Assembly: GCF_001447785.1 (NCBI RefSeq)
Contig: NW_015172014.1
Span: forward strand, 1,130,632-1,194,631
Direction of reading: 5' to 3'
Origin: Gekko japonicus
Lineage: Eukaryota
Length of the DNA: 64,000 nucleotides
The stretch's first letter is position 1; every line of letters starts with the position of its first letter. The notes below the pieces were generated by a model, which saw only the letters and a list, made by a program, of their open reading frames with translations, searched no databases and had not been told where the DNA came from. A program made the position numbers and the translations under genes. This document shows positions 23,468 through 35,951 of the stretch, piece by piece.

Positions 23468-24032
23468 GCAGGCAGTGACTGCAGCCATGAAATTAAAAGA
23501 CGCCTGCTCCTTGGGAGGAAAGCGATGGCAAACCTAGACGGCATAATAAAAAGTAGAGACATCACCTTGTCAACAAAAGTCTGTATGGTCAAAGCAATGG
23601 TATTCCCAGTGGTAATGTATGGCTGCAAGAGTTGGACCACAAGGAAGGCCGAGTGCTGAAGAGTAGATGCTTTCAAATTATGGTGCTGGAGAAGACTCTG
23701 GAGAGTCCTTTGGACTGCAAGGAGATCAAATCAGTCAGTCCTAAAAGAAATCAACCCTGACTGTTCCCTGGAAGGCCAGACACTGAAGCTGAAGCTCAAA
23801 TATACTTTGGCCACCCAATGAGAAGGGAGCACTCACTGGAGAAGACCTTGATGCTGGGAAAGACTGAAGGTCAAAGAAGAAGGGGACGGCAAAGGATGAG
23901 ATGGTTAGACAGTGTTATTGAGAAAACGAACATGAAATTAAGCAAACTCTGGAGCACGACGGAAGACAGGAGGGCCTGGCATGATGTGGTCCAGGGGGTT
24001 GCAAAGACTGGACTGTGCAACTGAACAACAAC
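23468..24032 (+). mobile_element. RTE-BovB LINE 3' fragment
   Basis: DCSHEIKRRLLLGRKAMANLD..VKAMVFPVVMYGC..LEKTLMLGKTEGQRRRGRQRMRWLD; CTGAACAACAACA tail; stop and frameshift. Confidence 0.93.
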
Positions 24033-24414
24033 AAAAATAAAGGAGCTAATGCTCCTGAAGCCCTTTGAACACTGGACACGGTTTGCAACAAGTGCTATTA
24101 CCTCATATAGCTCAGTTGTATTATAAGGGATATTGTTTTGTTTGTTAAAAATGTGAACATACATTTTTATAAGTGCTGGTGGCCCTCTGCTAGTCTGGTG
24201 CCAGCTGAGCCCAGTGGCTCCTGCAGAAGGGGTAGTCAGTCACACATGGCTCCTTGTGCTGGGCCCTAAAAGAATTTATTTACTTACTCCATTTACACCT
24301 TGCCTTTCTCCCCAGTGAACATGAGGTTAGTTGGGCTGAGCGAACGTGAGGGGCCCAGAGTCACCCAGTGAGCTTCCATGGGAGTGTGGGAATTCGCATC
24401 TGGATCTCCCAGAT

Positions 24415-24705
24415 GAGAGCCAGTTTGGTGTAGTGCTTAAGTGTGTGGACTCTAATCTGGGAGAACCGGGTTTGTTTCCCCACTCCTCCACTTTCACCTG
24501 GCTGGATGACCTTGGGCGAGCCATAGTTCTGACAAGAGCTGTTCTTGCAAAAAAGAGCAGTTTCTGACAAGAGCTCTCTCAGCCCCACCGACCTCGCAGG
24601 GTGTCTGTCTGTTGTGGGGAGGGGAAGGGAAAGGCGTTTGTAAGCCGCGCTGAGACACCTTTGGGTAGTGAAGGGCGGGGTATAAATCCAATCTCCTCCT
24701 CCTCC
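24415..24705 (+). mobile_element. Squam3-type SINE, full length
   Basis: GAGAGCCAGTTTGGTGTAGTG head, B-box, CTCTCAGCCCCACC core, (CTC)n tail; close relative of 40566-40850. Confidence 0.8.
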
Positions 24706-25054
24706 AGATCCTAGTCCGACTCTGCCCCCTACACCACACTGTCAGAGAATGACCACCACAGTAGCCATCCATTCCAACAAAACTCTGCGGAGCCACCCCA
24801 AAAGATAAAAAGCGGGCAGGTGTTTTGTTTTTTTTTTTTACAAGGATTAGATTTTGTTGGATCGCATGTTTGCATTTTAAGCATTATGCTTCATTCCTGA
24901 CCTGGAGCGCCATTTTCCTAAGGCAAGAGAGAAATGCACGGAATGGGTTGCAGACATGCATACATTCCCGGGTTAACAATATCCTGTTTTCCTCTTCTGT
25001 TACGGTCCAGAATATCCTGCGCCCTAAAATTCCGGGCCCCAAACCCAAATTGTA

Positions 25055-25540
25055 CAAGTAAACAACGGGCGCTCGCTTGAAGGCACTTTGCGCCTGCCCA
25101 GAGGCCCTTTCTGTGTTGCGCCGCCGAGGGGGTGGGGCTGAGGCCTGGTCAACGAAGGGAGGCGCAGCGCTCTCGAGTAAACGCCACGGTGGGGCGGGAG
25201 CTTCAACCTGGCATCCGAGTGCGCATGTCTGTAGCGGGCTCCGCTCTTCGTCGGAGCCTCTGAGCATGCGCGATATGGACCTTTCCTGCCGTGACTCATC
25301 CGTTCCGCTCTGGGCAGCGGGACTGGCAAAGGGAGAGGGCTGGGGCGCATGCGCAGCTGTGCTCTCCTCCTCGAGCGGGCTAGTTCGGCGATGCGCTGAA
25401 GAAAGGGGCGGGGGAGGTGGAGAGAGGGGGAAAAGGCGCCAAAAGTCCAAGCTGGAAATTGGCGCTTGACTCTTTAAATGCCCTCCACCCTTGTGAGGTA
25501 ATTGAACAGGGCTCCAGTTTGGGTTTAAACAGCCAGTGAG
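25055..25540 (+). promoter_or_regulatory. ZCWPW1: Probable ZCWPW1 CpG promoter and non-coding exon 1
   Basis: CpG-rich; CAACGG at 25063, GGCGGGA at 25193, GCGCATGCGCA at 25345, GGCGCCAAAA at 25435; candidate donors GTAATT at 25498 and GTGAGT at 25536. Confidence 0.6.
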
Positions 25541-25636
25541 TGAGGAACCGATAATCCCAACAGCCTCCTTTTTTCTTAACCTCCTAAAAGATGGCTGAGG
25601 GAACAACATTCCTCAGCCGAGATCTTAGGTTGGCAG

Positions 25637-25836
25637 CAACGCTCCCTCTAAGAGGTGGAGTCTTGTGAGGAAAAATTCTCCTCTCCTGGGTATTAAAGCT
25701 GAGAGCGAGCGATTGGGCTACTGCATCAATTAGTCTGCTCTAGAACCCTCCTTCCAGAGCTAAGGCAAAAATGTGTGAGCCGGAGGCTGAAAAACTGTGA
25801 GCTGGCTCACACCGACTCAGCTTAGAGGGAACACTG
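25637..25836 (-). mobile_element. hAT MITE family A, copy 6
   Basis: TSD GTTGGCAG / GTTGGCGG. Confidence 0.88.
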
Positions 25837-26044
25837 GTTGGCGGCATAACTTGTGGGACAAAAGACACATTTCGTTTTTTGACCTCCATGGGCATGGAAG
25901 CCCCCCGTGCTGCCAGTCCACGCCCTGATGACACCTTGGTAGCAGGCCCCATTGAGTAAAACCAGACTTATTTCTGAGTAGACCTGCCTAGGCTTGATCC
26001 CTGTTGCCTGGTAAAAAAATACCGCTCCCAAGAGGGGTCATGGC

Positions 26045-26434
26045 CAGTGTTCCCTCTAAGCTGTGGAGTCCTGTGAGCAGAAATTCTACTTTGTGAGCTA
26101 TTGGCATTAAAGTTGCGAGCAGGTAGTTTGGCTGCTGCATAAAATGAGTTTGCTCTGGAGCCATCTTTCTTGAGCTAAGACAAAAATGTGTGAGCTGGAG
26201 GCTCACAGTAACTCAGCTTAGAGGGAACACTGGTCATGGCCAGTGTTCCCTCTAAACTGAGTTAGGGTGAGCTCACTCCGTTTTTTAGCCCCCGGCTCAC
26301 AGGTTTTTGTCTCGGCTCAGGAAGGAGGGCTCCAGAAGAGCAAATGGATCAGTCGCTCGCTCACAACTTTAATGCCAGGAGCTCACAAAGTAGGATTTCT
26401 GCTCACAAGACTCCGCAGCTTAGAGGGAGCATTG
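26045..26434. mobile_element. hAT MITE family A, copies 7 (26045-26232) and 8 (26241-26434), inverted pair
   Basis: Separated only by GTCATGGC, which is also the left TSD of copy 7. Confidence 0.9.
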
Positions 26435-26699
26435 CTGGACGGCTCAAAAGAGGAACTGCAGCTGCAGCAGCAAGAGAGGGACTTCCTCCTCGTGGGGACG
26501 TTGCTAATGTCTGGTCTCCCCGAACGGACTCTGTGCTTGGATCCCAAATTTGGAAGAAAGCCCCCCCCCCCCAAAAGAAGCGTGTGATCTGGACACACCT
26601 GGCCTTGAAGAAGGCCTCTGAATGGCAGGAGAACCCGCTCAGCTCCAGGGGTGGTACAAGGTCACCGAGACAGGGGAAGTACAAAGAGGAGTCCAGAGC

Positions 26700-27269
26700 C
26701 AGTGTTCCCTCTAAGCTGAGTTAGGGTGAGCTAGCTCGCAGTTTTTTGGCCTCCAGCTCACACATTTTTGCCTTGGCTCACGAAGGATGGGGCTCCGGTA
26801 AAGGTAAAGGTTCCCTTGCTCAAAAGCCAGTCGAATCCGACTCTAGGGTTGCGGTGCTCATCTCCGTTTCCAAGCCGAAGAGCCAGCGCTGTCCGAAGAT
26901 GTTTCCGTGGTCATGTGGCCGGCATGACTAAACACCAAGGTGCACGGAACGCTGTTCCCTTCCCACCGAAGCAGTACCTATTTATCTACTTGCAATTTCT
27001 TGCTTTCGAACTGCTAGGTTGGCAGGAGCTGGAACTAGAGATGGGAGCTCACTCCATCATGCGGCACCCGGGTCTTGAACTGCTAAACTCCCGACCTTCC
27101 ACAGCCTGCAGTGCAGCGTCTTAACCACTTGAGCCACCGCAGCTCCTGGGTGGCTCAAGAAGAGCAAACTAATTTATGCAGCAGCCAAATCGCCTGCTCA
27201 CAACTTGAATGTCCGGAGCTCACAGAGTAGGATTTCTGCTCACGACTCCACAGCTTGGAGGGAGCATTG
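26700..27269 (+). mobile_element. hAT MITE family A, copy 9, with a nested Sauria SINE
   Basis: MITE halves at 26700-26797 and ~27159-27269. Confidence 0.85.
26798..27146 (-). mobile_element. Sauria SINE, full length
   Basis: Begins GTAAAGGTAAAGG (reverse tail) and ends CCACCGCAGCTCC (reverse head). Confidence 0.9.
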
Positions 27270-28539
27270 GCCCAGACAGTCATGCTTTGGGCAGGAATCG
27301 GATCCAGCCAAAGTCTCAGCTCACCTTTTAACTCCCACTATGGATTTCTGATCGTGCGAGAGAAGTCTCATGCTTCAGTCTCTCCCTCTGAAAAAGAAAA
27401 GTCAGATCATTTCAAAGAGCCTGCAGCTTGACTGGATCGTGCCCCTTTCGTCTAGAGCCTCTCTGGGATCCCTGTACAAATTTATTGCCTTCATTTTATT
27501 TATTTATTTGATTTATATCCCGCCCACCCCACTAAGGCAGGCTCAGGGTGGCTTACATAAAATTTGACAAGTAAAACAACAATGATAAATGTAGCTCTAA
27601 AAACAAGACTTAAAGTGCTAGTATCAGTTTATACGGCGATGGCGAGGTAGTAATAGTGGAAGACATACTAAAAATACAGTCAGCGGTGGTTATTACAGTT
27701 TGGCAAAACGTAGGCTACTATTGGTGGCATTGGGCACAGGGTCTTAGTTGTTGGATGTGGCTCCTTAACTAAAGGCCTGGTGGAAAAGCTCTGTTTTACA
27801 GGCCCTGTGGAACTGTAAGAGGTCCTGCAGGGCCCTAGTATCTTGATACCCTGCGTTCCTCCCCAGTGGGCAGTGACCCCAAGTGGCTCACATTGTTCTG
27901 CTTCATTTCCCCCTCACAACAACCCTGTGAGGTAGGTGAGGCTGAGAGGGGGCAACTGGCCCAAGGTCAGGGAGGACTGGGCCGAAGCTCAGTTACCCTT
28001 TCCCAATGCCTTGGCCGTAATCCAACTGACGGAGGCACCTGGAGACTAATTTGGCTTCAGCGTGCTTTGCTCGGGATTGGCTTGTGGCCATATTTGAGAG
28101 CAAGAAAAGCACAGTCAAACCCTGACAATGAAACCAGCCCAATGCCTTGGTGGACATAAAAGATAGTTTCAGAGGGCAGGCATGTTGGACTGTAGTAGAA
28201 GACCTAGATTTGAGTCCAGTAGCATCTTTGAGACCAACAAGGTTTCGGGGGTATCTGCCAAAGGGAGGTGACTCTCAAAAGCTTATCCCCCCACCAAAAA
28301 ATTTTTTTTGTTGGTCTCTAAAGTGCTACTGGACTTTAATCTAGCTGGACTTAAAAGGTAGATTTCCCCTGCTGTTTAAACATAATAAGTGAGGTGCCAG
28401 ACTGTGGGGAGGGGGTTCCTGTGTGTATGTGCCAGTGGGGAAAAGCCCCTGTCTCTGGTGACCACCCACATCACTTCTAAAGTTGGGGGCGCATTTGGCA
28501 GGGCCCCTGCAGGTCCATATGGGAATATGGAGTCCTTCC

Positions 28540-28744
28540 CAGCGTTCCCTCTAAGCTGAGTTAGCGTGAGCTAGCTCACAGTTTTTTAGCCTCTGGCTCA
28601 CACATTTTTGTCTCAGCTCAGGAAAGATGGCTCCAAAACAAACTAATTTATGCAGTAGCCAAATTGCTCACTTACAACTTTAATGCCAGTAGCTCACAAA
28701 GTAGGATTTTTGCTCACAAGACTCCACAGCTTGAGGGAGCCTTG
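28540..28744 (+). mobile_element. hAT MITE family A, copy 10
   Basis: TSD GTCCTTCC / GTCCTTTC. Confidence 0.88.
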
Positions 28745-29147
28745 GTCCTTTCATTAGGAAGAAATCAGTATGTGACGCCTGTTGGTGTCTGCTTGATGTA
28801 CAGGGGTTAAAAGCAGAAGTCTTTTGTTCGAAAAGAAGACTCTGGAAGCACTTTTGACATCCGTTCACTTTGGTTTAATTAACTGTCATACTTGCTATTC
28901 CATACTTTTGTGACTATAGACTGCAGAGGATCTCACAGACTTCATCTTGGTTAAATTATATAGTTATGGTAGAAGCAAGGGGAGAGGGGAAAGCCAGGGG
29001 ACTCTCCCAGTCTTTATCTTCACGAGGAGCATTACCGTTTTGTTTTTACAGAAACCCAGCCTTTATTGCTTGCTCTCTTTTCTCTTTCCCCTTCTTAATA
29101 ATAGAGTTGGACTAGAAACAAATACCTCCAAGACACGCAGTTCTGTA

Positions 29148-29172
29148 ATGGCAAGTCAGAACAATAACGATG
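29148..29172 (+). CDS. ZCWPW1: ZCWPW1 first coding exon (MASQNNND; exon begins 29105)
   Basis: Strong pyrimidine tract and TAG at 29104, donor GTAAGA at 29173; phase 1 fits the next exon and the short human start MMTTLQNKE. Confidence 0.7.
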
Positions 29173-29776
29173 GTAAGATCAGCTTGTACTCTGTTTATTT
29201 ATTTTAAAGGAAGCACGGGAGGGGCTGTTTCTCACTGGGGCTGCTTATCAATACAATCCTGCAATGCATAGAAGAGCCATTTTCCTTCTTTAAGTCCATT
29301 TCTCAAGGAAATAAGAATGTTTTATTTAGTCCCCAAAGAGTCTAAATGGGCAATGAAGGAATAGCGGAGCCTGTATTCTCTTCTTTCTGTTTAAAAAGCA
29401 GCCTAGATCTGTGATCACAATGCAAGGGAGAGGTAGGCCATGTTTTTCAGTCCAGTTCTTGCTCTCCAAAGGCTGTGACTGAAAATTCTTAATTTTACTT
29501 CTGTCAAAAACAGGAGTGTAAAATTGACAATAATAATTCACAGTGCTGTGGGGCAGAGACAGCCCACATCATTCAAACAGAAAGAAATTCTTATATTTTT
29601 CCAGCATTAATAAGAGTCACTTCAAAAGGTTTCTTTGCAGGATAACTTCCTGATGAATTGTCATTTAATGTTGTCTTCTTAGCCACTTACACGTGTTATT
29701 TGGCCCAACTTCGCTGTTACTGGGAAGTGGGTTTTTCCCACTTCCTCATAGCATCATGGTGCTCGCACATACCACC

Positions 29777-30607
29777 TAGGGTTGCCAACCTCCAGGTGGG
29801 GCCTGGATATCTCCCAGAATTATAACTGAAATCCAGATTACATGGTTCTGTTCCCCTGGAGGAAATGGCTGCTTTAGAAAGCTAGTGGGGTGTAAGGATT
29901 AAGAGCAGCTGGATCTGATTCCCCACTCCTCCACATAAGGCCTGCTGAGTGACCTTGGGCTAGTTCTCTCAGAACTCTCTTAGCCCCACCTACCTCACAA
30001 GGTGCCTGTTGTGGGGAGAAGAAAGGAATGTGATTGTAAGCCACTCTGAGACTCCTTAAGGTAGAGAAAGGCAAGGTATAGAACCTATTCTTCTTCAAAA
30101 GGTGGACTCTCTGACATTATACTCTGCTGTAAGTCCCTCCCCTCCCCTCCCCAAAACACACCCTCCTCTATAGTGGTTAAGAGCAGCAGACTCTAGTTTG
30201 GAGAACTGGGTTCGATTCCGCAGTCCTCCACATGAAGCCATCTGAATAACCTTGGGTCAATCACAGTTCTCAGAGCTCTCTCAGCCCAAAAAATATCAGT
30301 CAAGGGCTGCGGTCACACACACGAAATAATCCACTTTCAATGCACTTTCCAACTGGATTTTGCCAGTTCATACAGTAAAATCCAGTTGGAAAGTGCACTG
30401 AAAGTAGATTGAAAGTGGATTATTTAGTGCGTGTGACTGCAGCCTAGGTCGCCTCTAAAAGAGTTAGAACTTAAGGCTGCCAGACAATCTTTGGATCTCC
30501 TGGCTGTACCACACACAGTGCCATACAATCATTATTTATTAATTAACCCTCCCCAGGCTTCCCCCACGGATCTCCAGGAATTTCCCAACCTTTAGTTGGC
30601 AACCCTA
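29777..30607 (+). mobile_element. TAGGGTTGCCA-ended (hAT-Blackjack-like) element hosting two Squam3 pieces and a palindromic MITE (30305-30444)
   Basis: TAGGGTTGCCAAC..GTTGGCAACCCTA termini; related antisense copy at 50639-50830. Confidence 0.65.
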
Positions 30608-31820
30608 GCCACCACCTGGATTTTCTTCAACCTTTGGGTGGTTTCCCAAACCTGCTTCGTTGCAATGCTTAGAGAAAGATCTCAGCGACAATGGGTTGGA
30701 TGCCATATGAGTGGGAAAGCAGCCATTTTCCCTGTTGAACTCCCCACAGTAGCTGGTTGCCCTCCTCATGCCACTGAAGTGTTGTCGTTGTTTTTGAATT
30801 AAATTGGCAGTTGGGATATCAATATAAAAGTTTATTGGTATATCTATTACTGGTTTGAAAAATCTCTCTTAAATAGTTCCTTCCCCCACCTCCATAGGGC
30901 AGGGAGGAGTGGCCGCCATGGGGACTGGAGCAGGGAAAGTGTGAGGAACACTCCCATCCAGAAGGCCCATTGCTTCTGCACTGCATTGGCTGCTGCAGCA
31001 AAATACTGGGGATTCCATGGGGAAGCAGTGCCATGTGGAATAGGTATGGGTAGGATTTCCTGCCTCAAGCACTAAACATCAGCCCTGTGCTAGAGGCGTA
31101 TTATGAAATACACATGGAGCAGGGGTCCATCAGTGGCTATTTGCCACAAGGTATAGATGGAACACTGTCTGGGCCAGGGATGCTCTGTATTCTTGGTGCT
31201 TGGGGGGGGGCACAGTGGGAGGGCTTCTGGAGTCAGGGCTCCACTGGTGAACCTCCTGGTGACACCTGGGTTTTGACACAGAGTGTTGGACTGGATGGGT
31301 CACTGGCCTAATTCAGCACAGCTTCTCTTATATTCTTAAATATTACTCTATAGGGGGATAGCTGCCTGACTTCTGTGCTGAACAGCTGATAGCTGTGCTA
31401 TTCTCAGCAAAGCTATATGCTTCTAATTCCATTGAAGTCCGTGGGCTTAGAAAAGTACACTCAGGTGGGCAGCCGTGTTGCTCTGAAGCAGCACAACAAA
31501 GTTTGAGTCCAGTGGCACCTTTAAGACCAACAAAGGCTGTGATCACACACACTGAATAATCCACTTTCAGTCCGCTTTCCAACTGTATTTTACTGTGTGT
31601 ACTGGCAGAATCCAGTTGGAAAGTGGATTGGAAGTGGATTATTCAGTGTGTGTGATCACAGCCAAAGTTTTATTCTGGGAATAAGCAATAAAACTTTGTC
31701 AGTCTTAAAGGTGCTACTGGACTCAGGCTTTGAAAGGTGTTACAAGACTAATACTTGTAGTACTCGTGTTGATTAGCATATCATTCACTAATGAGTAAAT
31801 GATGTTTCCCGTGATTTCAG

Positions 31821-32107
31821 AACTCCGGAAGTTGTCAAAGAAGCTCTTTATCCCTCCATTAACCAAACCCGGCACAGCCTTTGCTAAAGAGGAGCCAGCA
31901 CTTCACTGGAAACAAGAAGATGGCCAGGCAAATCCTGTTCCTCTGAACTGCCCTGCAGGAAATGGATCCGCAGCCAAACCCATCAAAGCACATTATCTAA
32001 AGGTCAACACGAAAGGCCAAGATAAGACGCAGAAGGGGAGCACTAAGGTAGAAAAGGGAGCAAAGCACAAGAAAGATCGAGACAATATAAAGAATGTAAT
32101 TGGAAAG
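31821..32107 (+). CDS. ZCWPW1: ZCWPW1 exon (E-LRKLSKKLFIPP...NVIGK)
   Basis: KKLFIPP resembles human KRIFAPP; TTTCAG acceptor. The donor is less certain (GTAGAT at 32108; in-frame alternatives near 32003 and 32048). Confidence 0.75.
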
Positions 32108-32536
32108 GTAGATTTGCCCCCTCGATTGCACAGGGACAGCAGGGAGCCTCAGCATGTGACGATTCCCCGTTCTTCCCCCTTCTACCCTTAATCCCCCCCT
32201 CCCCCCCCTTGCCTCTGTCAGGCTTTTTGCATGGTTTCTTAGATCAGCAGTTAGTGTGTGCCTATAATAGTGTTGTAACACTGTGGCGATACATATGCTG
32301 CCTGTAATAAAAATCTGGGAGGGGGACAACTGGACTACAATATCATCCTGAAGTCCCCAGAAGAACTACTGCAGTTTGGGAGGCAAGGTGGAGAAGGAGG
32401 TCCTCTTGGAAGCCCAGTTCGTCTTGGAAGGCACCATCAAAGGTGGACAGGGAGGGAGCTAGCTGTAGTTTCTCACCACAGAGGGTGACAGAAAGCAACT
32501 TTAGATGTCAGAAGATTCATTATAGCATAAGCTTTT

Positions 32537-32766
32537 TGTATTTTCTGTGCGTGTGTGCACACATGCATTTGAGTGCACCTGGAAGTCATGTTGCCCTCTG
32601 ATGACTGACCCCTACTGGGGGCCTGGAGGAAATTCAGAGTGGTGGCTGAATAAAGCCTGCCTCTGTCCTCCCGATTTGGTATTCCAAGGAAGTCTCCGTT
32701 CCAAGTACTAACCACAGTTGACCCTGCTTAGCTTCTAAGACTGGGCTTGCCTGGGCTATCCAGGGC
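32537..32766 (-). mobile_element. 5S rRNA-derived SINE, family A
   Basis: Antisense of the 6624 and 45351 copies; 16-bp TSD TATAGCATAAGCTTTT. Confidence 0.85.
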
Positions 32767-33087
32767 TATAGCATAAGCTTTTGTGGCCTAGAGGCCACTT
32801 CATCTATTGTTCAAAAGTTTATGCAAACTACATTGTTAATCTGTGAGGCATTATGACACTCCTTTTTGTTTTGCTGTGACAGACTAACATTGCTAACCTT
32901 CTGGAGGTAGTAAGGAAAAGATACACAAAAACACAGTTGTCTTTATGCCTTGGCATGTCCTGGTGATGACTTGGCACTGAAAACAAATTCTGTGGTTGCA
33001 TGCTGGTTCGCCTTGATACAAACTGATCCGTGAAAGAGCAACTTCTGGCTCTATGGTTTCTATGGTATTCCACACAACAGCAATTGG

Positions 33088-34280
33088 GGGAGCCATGGCT
33101 CAGTGGCAAAGCATCTGCTTGGCATGCAGAAAGTCCCAGATTCAGTCTCTGGCATCTCCAGTTAAAGAATCATAGAATCATAGTATGTTAGAGTTGGAAG
33201 GGATCTTGCAGGTCATCTAGTCCAACCCCTGCACTCTGCAGGAGCCTAGCCGAAAGATAGCTACAACATACCCGAAAGATGGTCGTCCACAGCAGGAACT
33301 CATTAGCATAATAGGCCACACCCAACAGCAGAAACTCATTGGCATATTAGGCCACACCCCAGATACCACAACCTATTAGCATATTAGGCCACGCCCCATG
33401 CCTTCCCTTGGCTTGCCCGGCCACCCCGCGGCTGCAGGGAGCCTAGGCAAGCCGGCCCTTGGACAGGCCGGGGGAGGCAAGGGGAGACATTTAAATGCCT
33501 CCCCGATCCTTCCTGGCCCGCCCACCTCAGAGTCGCTGGGGGGGGTCGCTCTCCAGACCTTCCCTCTGTAGCCAGGCACACAGAGGTTTTGGCTGTAGTG
33601 GGCGTGGCCAACTCTGAAGCCAGCCGGAACTCTGTTCCTGTGCATTCCTTCCCAAAAATAGCCCTAGTCGTCCAGCCTCTGCTTGAAAACCTCCAGCAAA
33701 GGAGCATCCACCGCCTCCCGAGGCAGTCTGTTCCACTACTCAACCACTCTTACAGAGGAAGTTTCTCCTGATGTTTAGCCAGTATCAACTCTCTTGTCAT
33801 TTCCACCCATTAGATCTAGTCTTGCAATCCAGAGCAAGAGAGAATAGATCTGCTCCATCTTCTACATGACAGCCCTTCAGATGTTTGAAGACTGCAATCA
33901 TGTTCCCTCTAAGTCTTCTCTTTCCCAGGCTAAAGATACCCAGTTCTTTCAGCCTTTCCTCATAAGACTTGGATTCCAACCCTCTCACCATCCTGGTTGC
34001 CCTCTTCTGGACACGCTCGAGCTTGTCGACATCCTTCCTAAAATGTGGTGCCCAAAACTGGACACAGTACTCCAGGTGAGGTCCCTGACCATAGCTGAAT
34101 AGAGCGGAACGACCACCTCCCGTGATCTGGACACAATGCAGTCACATCGCACTGCAGGCTCATGTACGTGATGTGAGAGACCTCCACCTGAGACCCTGGA
34201 GAGCCACTGCCAGTCTGAGTAGACAACACTGACCTTGATGGACCCAGGGGCTGATTCAGTGTAAGGTCACTTCATTTGTT
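33088..34280. mobile_element. Nested stack: tRNA-SINE (+) containing CR1 (-, ~33168-34135) containing a hAT MITE (33290-33666)
   Basis: SINE halves at 33088-33167 and 34150-34280; CR1 ORF2 YEERLKELGIFSLGKRRLRG with AGAATCAT tail; GTCGTCCA flanks the inner MITE. Confidence 0.75.
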
Positions 34281-34581
34281 CCCATTAGTTTTTCAGTTGC
34301 CACCGTGGCTGCCAATTCGGTGCAGCAGTAAGGTAGCTTTAAAATGCTGGATTTCCCTGTGATCCTCCATGGCTGCGATTCCCCCTCCCCCCGGTACTAG
34401 AGGCCTTTTTTGTTATATTTTTAAATCAACAGTGGCCAGATACCTGTACCATTAGAACATTACAACAATCTATCTATTGGGTTCTCTGAATTCCCATCTT
34501 TTTAAAAAAGTAAGTCTCTAGCCCCTTTTGTTCTGGAGAAAAAATGGGAAAGGTCTATCTCGGCATGAAGAAGAGCTGGAG

Positions 34582-35274
34582 CAGGGCTCATCAGCCTCTT
34601 TGAACCTGTGGGTCCCTTTGGAATTCTGACATAAGGTGGTGGGTACAAAAATGGCCATAAAGTGGTGGCTACAAAAATGACTGCCACAGGAAATAGGGCC
34701 AAACACAATGGCTGCCACAGTTCACCTTCAGTCTCACAGTGAAGATTCTCATGCTGTGGTGGCAGCTGCAGCCAAAGCCAATCAAATTTCCAGTGGCCAG
34801 TTAGAAGCTTCGCTGCTCTAAAACCTCACCTGGCTCCACCCACTTTCTAAAAACAATTTAGTGGGCGCCAGGGGTCATTTCGTAGAAAAAGAGCTAGGGG
34901 AACTCATTAGCATAACTCACTAGCATATGCCACACCCCCTGACATCAGGGGCCCGGCGGTGGACCTGCAAGGCCAGCGGGAGTGCGAGGAAGCCCCGCCA
35001 AGGCCCTCCCTGGCCCCAGGCAGGCAGGGGTGGGGAGAGGCGGGGAGGAAGCAACTTACCCTCCCTCTTCTCCTGCCTCCTCCTTGCTGAATGAGGGCTG
35101 GAAGCGGGGCAGCCGGAAGCAGGGAGTGGGGCTTCGTCATGTGCCCCGCCCCCTGCACCTCACCCGGGGGAACTGTGTTCCCCCGCGTTCCCCCCTGAAA
35201 TGACCTCTGGTGGGCGCCAGGAAAGCTGTTGGCGGGTTCCAGAGTGCCCATGGGTACCACGTCAGGGACCTCTG
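34582..35274 (+). mobile_element. hAT MITE with a second hAT MITE (34869-35209) nested inside
   Basis: Inner TIRs CAGGGGTCATTTC..GAAATGACCTCTG with TSD GTGGGCGC; outer family also at 12889, 46900 and 56165-56546. Confidence 0.8.
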
Positions 35275-35842
35275 AGCTGGAGGCTTTTCAAAAAAATGAA
35301 AGCTGGAATTTAGAGGACCTAATAGGCAAATTGTAATGGTCTAGCAATCATGGGGGGCGGGGGTGGACACCCAAAAAACCTCCCTGGTGGCATGGGAGGG
35401 GAATGGCCTCGCTTTCCTTGAGACACAGTCCAACTTAAAGTCCCCAGAATGCAGGAAAATTTCCCATTTTCCTCCCTCCCTGAGATATTTTGCACAGTGT
35501 TGCTTGTTCCTATAAAAGCTATTAAACATGGACATTATTTGTACACATCTTACATCAGACGTTCAATACAGCCTCTCCAAAAGATATTAAATTACAGTCA
35601 TGGAAAACAAGAGCATCGCCAAGGCATGAATGAACTTAACTAATGTGGGGAAATAATTGGGGGTTATGAGAGCGTGGTGCCATGGGAAACAATTAGATAA
35701 GACTCCTACTGGAGGAGAGAATGAACCTCTCTTGCATTGAAAGAGCCCCATTACGCAGCCCTTATCTTTCAGCCGTGTATTTGTGTGAGCGAGGGGTTCT
35801 GGCTTGGGGCCTGTATTTACTGTCCAGTCTAGTTGCTGCCCC

Positions 35843-35951
35843 GGAGCTGCGGTGGCTCAAGTGGTTAAGACGCTGAACTGCAGGCTGTGGAAGGTCAGTA
35901 GTTCAGCAGTTCAAGACCCGGGTGCCGCAAGACAGGGTGAGCTCCTGTCTC
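35843..35951 (+). mobile_element. 3'-truncated Sauria SINE with TSD
   Basis: Head only; flanked by TCTAGTTGCTGC at 35828-35839 and 35952-35963. Confidence 0.85.
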
